Source of the DNA: Chrysomallon squamiferum
Taxonomy: Eukaryota; Animalia; Mollusca
DNA length: 64,000 nucleotides
Direction: 5' to 3'
Assembly (NCBI GenBank): GCA_012295275.1
Contig: CM022665.1
Coordinates: 34,968,001-35,032,000 of the forward strand
This document shows, piece after piece, positions 54,201 to 59,999 of this stretch (positions within the stretch are counted from its first letter, which is position 1; each line of letters starts with the position of its first letter). The position numbers were made by a program, and so were the translations under genes. The notes beneath the pieces were generated by a model. It had not been told where the DNA came from, searched no databases, and was given only the letters and a program-made list of their open reading frames with translations.

Positions 54201-54867
54201 CATGAACAAAAGTACAAAGGGTGTGACTTGGTAAGTTAATCTCAACAAAATTAATAATAGTTTGTCTTTTTTCATTGCATGGAGTTGTAATGTTTATCAT
54301 ATATGTATCTGTATTTATTTTCTGTTTGTAGTTTTTATTAAGATACTACAAGCACAATTGTTTACAACTCGTAACATCTTTATTATTAAAATGTTTCCAA
54401 AATATTATTTTAATTATTTAAACATTTTAATTTTTTTGATTGTTTTATCATCCAGTATTGTTTTACACCAATATTTTTATTTCAGTTTTAAAAAGATTTT
54501 ATTAAATATCACATTCATAAATTTACCTCTCTCTGACATCAGTCTGAATAATAACATATTTAAATGTTAAAATATCATTTTACTTATACATCTTCATTCA
54601 TTTTTTAAATTATTTTAGCCTCTCTACATGGGTCCCTCTGAAGATAAATGGATAAAACACAAACAAGCATTAGAAATGAGACATTTCAGCAATCATCCAG
54701 GACCTCTTAGTCGGGCACAACAGCGCCAAATTGATGAAGACCTTGCTAAGTACAACTACTACAAACCATTCACTGGTGTTCGAGGGCCTGAGAGACGATT
54801 ACCACGGACCCGATTCAGTGATGATGACATCAGATTTGAAGAGCCTATGAGTGATTATAACTGGTGA
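12422..54867 (+). CDS. Giant adhesion GPCR: SP - ~15 cadherin-like repeats - FN3 - SEA - 2x Ig - HRM - GAIN/GPS - 7TM - long C-tail (58 coding exons, ~2936 aa)
   Basis: Manual exon chaining: all introns are GT-AG except one GC-AG, every junction is phase-compatible, and the summed CDS is 8811 nt from ATG 12422 (AAAACATG) to TGA 54865-54867. Diagnostic motifs: cadherin DINE/DVNE-PxF and DxD; SEA GSVIV; HRM C..WP..PAG..A..PC..G.A...C...GVW....C; GPS WSTEGC..VCECDHLTNFAILM; 7TM motifs LHYFYL..EG, YG...CWL, FVGP, LLPVMGLTWVFG, FNSLQGLFIFIFHC. Confidence 0.92.
12755..12963 (+). CDS. aGPCR exon 2 (cadherin cassette 1, Cys-rich domain)
   Basis: LICQPKIEVDF...DPVIC; ag / gtaagt, phase 1->0. Confidence 0.8.
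13388..13586 (+). CDS. aGPCR exon 3
   Basis: INISAQE...FNQPPVF...FTVT; phase 0->1. Confidence 0.82.
14037..14152 (+). CDS. aGPCR exon 4
   Basis: ELIPNSFENN...IVLNVS; phase 1->0, gtaagt donor. Confidence 0.8.
14453..14636 (+). CDS. aGPCR exon 5
   Basis: VTDSGQPPLT (cadherin xDxGxPxL motif); phase 0->1. Confidence 0.85.
15042..15197 (+). CDS. aGPCR exon 6
   Basis: SLPFLVELHPNGSVFV...RYNLSIKAT; phase 1->1. Confidence 0.83.
15640..15875 (+). CDS. aGPCR exon 7 (cassette 2 start)
   Basis: GRAPVCDN...ITCYND...GPKQ; phase 1->0. Confidence 0.83.
16425..16608 (+). CDS. aGPCR exon 8
   Basis: PPKFTD...FSVLETVQSGTVIHTFSVDDPD; phase 0->1. Confidence 0.87.
17427..17536 (+). CDS. aGPCR exon 9
   Basis: DTFDKNAEIPFAM...KSLNASEVTKYFLSVK; phase 1->0. 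Confidence 0.85.
18097..18325 (+). CDS. aGPCR exon 10
   Basis: VIDTT...VNDTNNIPYC...LACFDSDVD; phase 0->1. Confidence 0.88.
18330..18990. repeat. Degenerate ~21-bp minisatellite (ATTTAATTTTTACATGTAGAA-like) in intron 10
   Basis: Many diverged tandem copies. Confidence 0.75.
19080..19241 (+). CDS. aGPCR exon 11
   Basis: DFFQFG...ISDNGQPSL...IQVF; phase 1->1. Confidence 0.88.
19604..19851 (+). CDS. aGPCR exon 12 (cassette 3 start)
   Basis: DNRPFC...GECFNVSHNCTDP...FCLTK; phase 1->0. Confidence 0.85.
20433..20652 (+). CDS. aGPCR exon 13
   Basis: EDINEVPTF...VMENTAIGTSVISITANDVDS, a canonical cadherin segment; phase 0->1. Confidence 0.92.
21153..21259 (+). CDS. aGPCR exon 14
   Basis: VSPDQQHHFNF...YTFNVE; phase 1->0. 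Confidence 0.85.
21773..21905 (+). mobile_element. Decayed Nin/Deu-domain SINE fragment
   Basis: gactggtttatcaaagactgtgctatgttttcttgtctttggaa resembles the Nin core 'gactggtatatcaaaggccgtggtatgtgctatcctgtctgtggga'. Confidence 0.5.
21943..22156 (+). CDS. aGPCR exon 15
   Basis: AVDGGELS...IDVNESPVC...ISCTDPD; phase 0->1. Confidence 0.92.
22497..22643 (+). CDS. aGPCR exon 16
   Basis: LFNMSDRGEVIL...VIITVN; phase 1->1. Confidence 0.88.
22782..23023 (+). CDS. aGPCR exon 17 (cassette 4 start)
   Basis: SYPPSC...TCGSSLITCTSP...QICV; phase 1->0; an alternative in-frame acceptor would start the exon at 22764. Confidence 0.8.
23494..23761 (+). CDS. aGPCR exon 18
   Basis: VVDENEPPVFQQLTYNIAVNE...KDPD; phase 0->1. 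Confidence 0.9.
24301..24428 (+). CDS. aGPCR exon 19
   Basis: QALSKAD...YTFNIT; phase 1->0. Confidence 0.83.
24867..25080 (+). CDS. aGPCR exon 20
   Basis: ITDGGGLT...NDINEAPVC...LSCTDDD; phase 0->1. Confidence 0.92.
25983..26129 (+). CDS. aGPCR exon 21
   Basis: EYFRISSRGIV...AVD...IVVNVN; phase 1->1. Confidence 0.87.
26418..26638 (+). CDS. aGPCR exon 22 (cassette 5 start)
   Basis: DIPATC...SCYNITLGCIDP...ILCY; phase 1->0. Confidence 0.85.
26798..27578 (+). mobile_element. 781-bp Tc2/pogo-like MITE, copy 1
   Basis: TIR CCGTATATACTTGTGTA, TA TSD, subterminal TATAAGTCGAC repeats; near-identical to copies at 39914 and 46977. Confidence 0.93.
27758..27962 (+). CDS. aGPCR exon 23
   Basis: TPVFLN...AEVGSVLFNVTA...IIYSL; phase 0->1. 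Confidence 0.88.
28045..28250 (+). mobile_element. Decayed Nin/Deu-domain SINE fragment
   Basis: ggcctatttcactttccagcc...tatcaaaa...aagagtagctcat...atttcctctct...tgtctgacaccaaataacc follows the SINE block order. Confidence 0.5.
28959..29074 (+). CDS. aGPCR exon 24
   Basis: DAFDINSNTGEITAKKAL (cadherin FxIxxxTGxI); phase 1->0. Confidence 0.9.
29565..29770. repeat. Degenerate ~22-bp minisatellite (AGCTGTGTATGAAAGATTTC-like)
   Basis: About 8 diverged tandem copies. Confidence 0.6.
29971..30181 (+). CDS. aGPCR exon 25
   Basis: ALDE...DEKNLKPIC...VNCTDMN; phase 0->1. Confidence 0.88.
31413..31523. repeat. Perfect 52-bp tandem duplication within an A-rich intron block
   Basis: acaagtaaataaacaaaaaagtaaaagttaaaaataatataaaataaaataa occurs at 31419 and 31471. 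Confidence 0.8.
32018..32164 (+). CDS. aGPCR exon 26 (last cadherin exon)
   Basis: YFVVDSATGEV...VEASDG...VINVN; phase 1->1. Confidence 0.9.
32686..32958 (+). CDS. aGPCR exon 27 (fibronectin type III domain)
   Basis: VSTTSVKIMW...YTLKW...LDQLKPGTHYFIVL...SEPVSVTT; symmetric phase 1-1 exon. Confidence 0.9.
33388..33509 (+). CDS. aGPCR exon 28 (SEA domain, N-part)
   Basis: FKVTNEEWNAAFLDKTSAKYKEF (SEA-type W/F..L.D.SS..Y); phase 1->0. Confidence 0.88.
33603..33705. repeat. (TAA)n plus (TAAA)n microsatellite
   Basis: Direct reading; many further TAT, TTTA and CA arrays occur in the introns. Confidence 0.95.
34085..34143 (+). CDS. aGPCR exon 29 (SEA)
   Basis: IRKALITSSGIHKVAVLNL(R); phase 0->2. 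Confidence 0.82.
34716..34864 (+). CDS. aGPCR exon 30 (SEA, GSVIV motif; GC donor)
   Basis: RKGSVIVDAVV...; donor GAAG|gcaagt; phase 2->1. Confidence 0.85.
35243..35503 (+). CDS. aGPCR exon 31 (Ig domain 1)
   Basis: VICSA...FSWKLN...ITF..ITLNDRG; phase 1->1. Confidence 0.88.
36207..36425 (+). CDS. aGPCR exon 32 (end of Ig1, start of Ig2)
   Basis: GDLECSLTN...GQVGTLNCSV...VTWHING; phase 1->1. Confidence 0.9.
36778..36906 (+). CDS. aGPCR exon 33 (Ig2 C-part)
   Basis: LNIRNINDDAKYTCLATNIAG (Ig D.A.Y.C motif); phase 1->1. Confidence 0.9.
37243..37344 (+). CDS. aGPCR exon 34 (HRM)
   Basis: FCAARTNNRGISWPHVPAGKMAEAPCTGNYK; phase 1->1. Confidence 0.9.
37700..37797 (+). CDS. aGPCR exon 35 (HRM end)
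   Basis: GSAKQLCLSNGVWQNLTDLTNC; phase 1->0. Confidence 0.9.
38573..38758 (+). CDS. aGPCR exon 36 (GAIN subdomain A)
   Basis: LANLTSSETLASGDIDVSIKII; phase 0->0. Confidence 0.9.
38977..39520 (+). repeat. 544-bp interspersed repeat, copy A (internal ~50-bp inverted repeat)
   Basis: Nearly identical to 41737-42279; preceded by an 84-bp duplicate (38897-38980) of its own interior (about 39219-39302). Confidence 0.9.
39613..39681 (+). CDS. aGPCR exon 37 (GAIN)
   Basis: DMVKAADNMLSTSKNEWRDL; phase 0->0. Confidence 0.88.
39914..40695 (+). mobile_element. Tc2/pogo-like MITE, copy 2
   Basis: Same TIR and TA TSD, same orientation as copy 1. Confidence 0.93.
40949..41060 (+). CDS. aGPCR exon 38 (GAIN)
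   Basis: GAAALMKSLDAIG...IANNL; phase 0->1. Confidence 0.88.
41465..41599 (+). CDS. aGPCR exon 39 (GAIN)
   Basis: SDIEFP...PPWM; phase 1->1. Confidence 0.87.
41737..42279 (+). repeat. 544-bp interspersed repeat, copy B
   Basis: Nearly identical to 38977-39520, same orientation. Confidence 0.9.
42350..42420 (-). mobile_element. Decayed Nin/Deu-domain SINE fragment
   Basis: Reverse complement aaaggctgtggtttgtgttttcatgtctatgggaaaatgcacattaaaa resembles the Nin core. Confidence 0.45.
42655..42733 (+). CDS. aGPCR exon 40 (GAIN)
   Basis: YSGVCYKDMSDLV; phase 1->2. Confidence 0.82.
43080..43197 (+). CDS. aGPCR exon 41 (GAIN)
   Basis: VNSLILSFSL...LDPPLKLTFQHL; phase 2->0. Confidence 0.9.
43600..43646 (+). 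CDS. aGPCR exon 42 (GPS start)
   Basis: NFSDPSCGFMNY; phase 0->2. Confidence 0.87.
44027..44150 (+). CDS. aGPCR exon 43 (GPS cleavage site and Stachel)
   Basis: GHWSTEGCVVV...TVCECDHL|TNFAILMSP; phase 2->0. Confidence 0.96.
44573..44676 (+). CDS. aGPCR exon 44 (TM1)
   Basis: LSIISAIGCAISIFCLVLTVGIY; phase 0->2. Confidence 0.94.
45257..45368 (+). CDS. aGPCR exon 45 (TM2)
   Basis: RVIILMNLCVVLIIAYLLFLLGINRT; phase 2->0. Confidence 0.94.
45957..46107 (+). CDS. aGPCR exon 46 (TM3, start of TM4)
   Basis: VCTVISVLLHYFYLVVFFLMLAEGIEL...SW; phase 0->1. Confidence 0.94.
46498..46567 (+). CDS. aGPCR exon 47 (TM4/ECL2)
   Basis: GFPAVIVGISIG...GYGNDD; phase 1->2. Confidence 0.92.
46977..47757 (-). 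mobile_element. Tc2/pogo-like MITE, copy 3 (inverted)
   Basis: Reverse complement of copies 1 and 2, TA TSD. Confidence 0.93.
47815..47881 (+). CDS. aGPCR exon 48 (ECL2/TM5)
   Basis: CWLSLDEGLLWAFVGPALSIIV; phase 2->0. Confidence 0.94.
48540..48625 (+). CDS. aGPCR exon 49 (TM5/ICL3)
   Basis: INFIIVIIVLKTMF...KEKG; phase 0->2. Confidence 0.9.
49173..49299 (+). CDS. aGPCR exon 50 (TM6-TM7)
   Basis: LKGLCVLLPVMGLTWVFG...QYLFAVFNSLQ; phase 2->0. Confidence 0.95.
49795..49836 (+). CDS. aGPCR exon 51 (TM7 end)
   Basis: GLFIFIFHCLLSRQ; phase 0->0. Confidence 0.93.
50265..50354 (+). CDS. aGPCR exon 52 (helix 8 / C-tail)
   Basis: VKDGMKNRKRRYLASSVETKST; phase 0->0. Confidence 0.85.
50757..50805 (+). 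CDS. aGPCR exon 53 (C-tail)
   Basis: RKTSDDTSADSDLDKK; phase 0->1. Confidence 0.75.
51710..52083 (+). CDS. aGPCR exon 54 (C-tail)
   Basis: SPFLEADRQVQQ...TPPGPKPYRQ; overlaps ORF 51769; phase 1->0. Confidence 0.82.
52165..52385 (-). mobile_element. Decayed SINE-like fragment
   Basis: GC-richer intronic patch resembling a reversed tRNA-headed SINE; identification from memory only. Confidence 0.3.
52865..52999 (+). CDS. aGPCR exon 55 (C-tail)
   Basis: SMDGKEP...VRVLPFP...EDRE; gtag / gtaaga, phase 0->0. Confidence 0.75.
53906..53998 (+). CDS. aGPCR exon 56 (C-tail)
   Basis: FRMYESRKRRDEIYNALKQ...DLQ; phase 0->0. Confidence 0.72.
54144..54230 (+). CDS. aGPCR exon 57 (C-tail)
   Basis: TRYVPGCGPRRHG...CDL; gtaagt donor, phase 0->0. 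Confidence 0.75.
54619..54867 (+). CDS. aGPCR exon 58 (terminal coding exon)
   Basis: PLYMGPSEDKW...EEPMSDYNW*; followed by a long T-rich, 3'UTR-like stretch. Confidence 0.82.
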   Translation, partial: PLYMGPSEDKWIKHKQALEMRHFSNHPGPLSRAQQRQIDEDLAKYNYYKPFTGVRGPERRLPRTRFSDDDIRFEEPMSDYNW

Positions 54868-56086
54868 ATGTGACTGCATGCAAAAAAATGTTTGAGGGGA
54901 AATTTTATTTCATATTAATGAAATTCATTATAATGTTTGTGAAATCTGAAAAATTTGAAGAAAGAAAATATATCTAACAACAGTTTATTAGATTTTCTAT
55001 TTTCATTATATTTGAAACTATTTGAAACTGGAAAGAGAACATGCAGTTCATTATTATGAATTATTCAATTTGAATGGCTATTCTTTTCTTTCTTTTCTTT
55101 TTTTCTTTTTGAATATATATCAGCTCTCACAAAGGCAGTGTTACATATATATACATGAAAATTTATTTATTTTTAATCTTTTGCTTTATTTTTGCTCTTC
55201 CTAAAGAGAGACATTTTCATCAAGTGAACACAACCTGAAAATAGATACATTTCATAGAAACTAATGATTGTGTTTTGTGAATTCTACTTTAGGGTATTTT
55301 TATTAAAGAATCTCTACCCTTGAATCTCTATCCAAAATACAGAGAATACTGAAAAACAATACTTGTTCTAACAGAACTGAAGTGTAAAGGAAGTATTCTG
55401 AATTTCAGGATAACAGTAAAGCATAATTATGCTAATGGTCAAAATGAAAGTTATTTTTAATACACTTTTTAAAAAGTTAATGTGTGCAATAAATAATTTC
55501 AGGAGATTTTATTTTTGCTGGGTCCAAACAGTCAGTTCAGAATAAATGACAGGAATGAAGTAGTTAGATAGAATTAAACCTATAATATATATATTATTTG
55601 TTATGTACTAAGGATTAATCATTTACATTTAAGAATGCACTAAACTTAGTTAATCTGTTTAATACTTTGTTTTAATTTATTATTATTATTATTATTATTT
55701 TTTATCAAAGTAATATATTGCACAAATATGGGGGAAATTTTTTTTTTTTTTTTTATATTATTTCTGAAAATGATAAGTTTATGATATAATGCTGCACCTA
55801 ATAAAATGTTGTTATAGACATTTGTTTTTCGTAACAGTGGTGAATTTGTTTATTTTATTCATAAGTTAATGTTGACATATTTGTTCAGTAATATTATTAA
55901 TATTAGTAATATTATTAATATCAATAATATCATTTTGTATTTATTTTATTATTTTTTTAAATATAATAATTATTTTTGCTATAGCTAAATTTTAACACAT
56001 ATTTTAATACAGATTTATAGCAGAATAATCTTATATGTTTTTTTTTTTACAATTTACTTGTTTCTTTTAGGGTTTTGTTTTTTTCA

Positions 56087-56120
<34 letters not shown>

Positions 56121-56640
56121 TTATTATTATTATTGTTGTTGTTTTGCTGTATTTTGTTATGGTTTTTTGTATTTTTTGTTTATGTAATATATATATATGC
56201 CAATAATTTATCTGAGTTAATTATTTGGGACAAATATTTAAATATATATATATATATATTTAAATGTGTGTCCCAGTTCATAAATTCAGGTAAATTATTG
56301 GCATTTTAATTTCCACAATTAAATCTATTAATTCTATCCAAAATTATTATTATTATTATTATTATTATATATTTGTAAGGGGTGCTTCCATTCTACTGCA
56401 TTTATATATTTAACTGCCTTTGTTTATAATTTTTACATAAAATTATTATATGTAACATTGATGCATTAATTTCATTTATACTAGTTATAATATCAGTGTG
56501 TATTTTTATAAAATATTCACAGTATAAATAACAATAATATTTTTCACTTATTTCATTTTTAGAATAACATTTTTAAAGTGAGTGGAAATAATCACAATTG
56601 CTTTCTTGTTAGTTGTGATGATTTACTAATATACTGTGAA

Positions 56641-56680
<40 letters not shown>

Positions 56681-57149
56681 ATTAATCATATAACATTACA
56701 AATCTATATTTATACAAATACCAGGATTTATCTTTTTAAGTAGGTTTTTACAATACTTTTTTAAAAATATTAAAGTATTTTAAATTTACTGAGTTATTGT
56801 TATTGTTATTAATTTTATTTTATTTATTTATTTATTTATTTATTCATTTATTATATTTTAGTGGGGGACATACTGAATACAACTTCAATAATTACAAATT
56901 TAAAAAAGTATTAATAAAATGATTTTACATTAGGTATCAGTGTAACTGAGAAAGCTTTATTTTAATTTTTGTGTGTGTATATCTTTTTCTAATGCATGTT
57001 TTTATGCCTTTCATTTCATCTTCTTCTTTTTTCTTTTATACAGAAGTATTTATTTCATTTCAGTTTTTAAAAATGTTTCATTTTAACAAGTTTTTTTCAC
57101 CTATATTTTATATTACATTTACATATTATTACTATTATATATTATGCTA

Positions 57150-57155
57150 AATAAA
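57150..57155 (+). terminator. Candidate polyadenylation signal of the aGPCR gene
   Basis: AATAAA followed by a T/GT-rich element (cttgttgcttttttcttgttttttgttg), near where the T-rich sequence turns A-rich; other AATAAA at 55488 and 55541 are also possible. Confidence 0.35.
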
Positions 57156-58735
57156 CAGCGTTAAAATTATCATTACTTGTTGCTTTTTTCTTGTTTTTTG
57201 TTGTTTTTTACAATAGTTAAACTAGTCCCATTTTACAAAAAGCAATAAAAAAATAATAATAGTAATAATAAATAATTAAAAAAAACACACCGAAAAACAA
57301 ACATGATCATTAAATGCATTACATTTTATTTGAAAAAATGCATAATGATGAATCAAAAATGATATTTATAAATTATATATGTACTACATTTATAATAAAA
57401 TATATATTTTTTATTTTTGCATATTTTTGTGTGTTTAAGAAGTTACAGATACTTTTATCAGATTGTAAACATAAGCTATAAATTAACTAATGGGTAAAAT
57501 TCCAGATTAATTGTACATTTTTACAGACTTATATTGCTCTTTTTTCTTTCTTTCTTTTTTTTTTCATTTACTAATTTTGTTTTAATTTAAAGAGATGGTG
57601 TCATTTCTTTTCTGCCATGTACATCTGGTCACTTTCCTTTTTAATCACACTTGGACACAAAAACAAAGCTTTGATATATTCCTTTATATTCCTTTGATAT
57701 ATTCCTTTATACACACATCCAAATGCTGATACTTACATTTATATCAATGCATATCAAGCATGTCTCCTCCAATATTTGCTGTTTTTTACTTCTACATAAT
57801 TAATCTTATTTCATCTTAAAAATTATTCACAATGATACAATGATACAGTTCTCCCTTTTTTTTATGAAATCCTGAAATGAACTTGTGTATATGTGTTTGT
57901 ATGTGAGTGTGTATGTGTTTGAATGTGTGTCTTTGTGTGTGTGTGTGTGTGTGTGTGTATTACATCATTTTAATAAATATCCTCTGAAGTATAAAATTAA
58001 AAAAAAAAAAAAAATACAAGGAAATTTGGGAAGTAAAGTTTGCCTTCATTTACCCTGATTTGAAAAATATAAAATAATATTGATGCAACATACAAAGTGA
58101 GAATATTAAGAAAAATCTTTATTAAATATATTAAATCATTACAAGGAAGTAAATAGTCTAAAAAATAATTATCAGGCTAAGAATCATGTATATCTAGCAG
58201 CTGTATCTCAAAAACAACAAAACAAAATTAGATATCAATAAAATGTTAACATTTATCCCAAAATTAATGAATATTATAATTTCAAAGGTATGTCTGATTT
58301 GATTTACTAACATTTGTTTAAAAAAACCAGTTTCTGTTTTAATGTTAAAAGAGATTTTCAAAGTTTAATTAAATTTGTATATGTTAATATTTCAAAAATA
58401 ATTTTAAACATTAAATATTATTGTTTGTTATTTACATTTTCTTTTCTCTTAACTGTGAATAACTACTGTGTCAGATTTCATCGTTTAGCAAATAATTCAG
58501 GAGGAAATTAAACTACAGACAACATAAACAGAGTTATATACCTTCAATAGAAATGTTGTGACGTTTGCAACGAAAAGGAAATCATTAGAAAATCTTTATA
58601 TTTGGTTAAGGATATTTTGCATAGTATTTAGTTGCTGATATTTTATTGAGGGGTTATGTGTTAGAGCATTAGTATACATTTATTTTCACAGAGAGAATGT
58701 ATATAAAACATGAACTTTGGTGTTTATAAAATATC

Positions 58736-58743
58736 ACTTCCGG
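58736..58743 (+). promoter_or_regulatory. ETS-type motif ACTTCCGG in the putative promoter of the second gene
   Basis: Exact motif in a locally CpG-richer patch about 400 bp upstream of ATG 59145; possible 5'UTR donor G|gtaaac after 58762. Confidence 0.3.
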
Positions 58744-59144
58744 TAGAACCATCACGATATTGGTAAACTTAGCTGAACAACTGAGTTGTTGACAACGCTA
58801 CGAGTATTAATTTATCATTATTACTTACGATTAGTCACAGCTCGTCAGAAAAGAACCTTAACATTTAGCAGCATAATATTAATCTGCGAATTAAAATTCC
58901 TTGTTAAATTATTTCTTAAATATGTGATACATTGATCCAATGATAGTATAGAAAATCAGCTAATCAGAAGAGGAATCTCTATTAATAGTATTATAGTATA
59001 ATATTCAACGAAAAACTGACTAACAGACATAACGTACAGTACTTATCCACTTGCTATCTTTATTTATGTATTTATATTATATTGCTGTATCATCTGGCAA
59101 ACAACTAGATTATTTTATCAACAATTTCACAATAACTGGTCACA

Positions 59145-59184
59145 ATGTCTGAGGAACTTGAAGACCCAACTAACGATTTTGGAG
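59145..59184 (+). CDS. Second gene, probable first coding exon (unidentified protein)
   Basis: CACAATG start, MSEELEDPTNDFG, donor G|gtaatt, phase 1. Confidence 0.5.
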
Positions 59185-59544
59185 GTAATTTTTTGGTAAC
59201 AAAAATGCATATATTTTGTATTAATAACAATTCTTTACAATGCGATTGTATGTTCATTAAATGACATAATGTTAAGCACAGATAATCATTTCACAGATTA
59301 GTAATTTTTAGTTTTTCTGTTTAAAATGCTATATAAAAAAATCTTTCTAAAATAATTTATGTATGTTTTTTTTTAATAATCTATTTGTATTATTATAATA
59401 AATTCCTTGTTTTATAAAGTTTTAAAATCTGTTAACCTTAGCCTAAAATGTACAAATTAAATATTTGTTCATTTGTTCTTTCATGTCAGGGACATACACA
59501 GTAAAATGTTATGCTTGTAATTGGTACCATTTCATTTACTTAAG

Positions 59545-59658
59545 CTTCTGGAGAGCCCAGACGTATTTCTGTGGAACATCAAGATTCTTTTGTAAGCACA
59601 GATGAGCCAGAACTTGAATTTGATACAGATGGAACTGAATTGTCATCTGCTAAGGAAG
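59545..59658 (+). CDS. Second gene, probable second coding exon (acidic, low complexity)
   Basis: Phase-compatible ASGEPRRISVEHQDSFVSTDEPELEFDTDGTELSSAKE; donor G|gttagt; GC-richer than flanks. Confidence 0.55.
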
Positions 59659-59999
59659 GTTAGTTCCATCTGTTATTAGTATTTTAAAATTTTATTAGTA
59701 ATGTTCATTTTATTTTGACAATGATATTTGTTTTAAAAACAAGAAAAACCTGCATAATAATGATTTTTCTTTTGTTTTCATAATGTGTAATAAATTTATA
59801 TATAATTTATTTTTTTAAATTATAACAATAATTACAGAAAATAGGATTTTAATTTTTTTAAATATTTAAATATTGGTTTTTCTTTAGTTAAAAAAAAAAA
59901 GAAAAGAAAAAAGTTTTTATTCCAACATATTTTTACAAATTAATACAATAAATATTTAATATGTATAACAAATAAAAATTAACATTAATATTACTATTA

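Noticed and set aside
12422-54867. Calling the gene CELSR/flamingo, a latrophilin, or a protocadherin/Fat
   Set aside because: There are no EGF or Laminin-G exons between the cadherins and HRM, no lectin or olfactomedin domain, and the cadherins are spread over many small exons ending in a GAIN-7TM. No gene symbol is justified.
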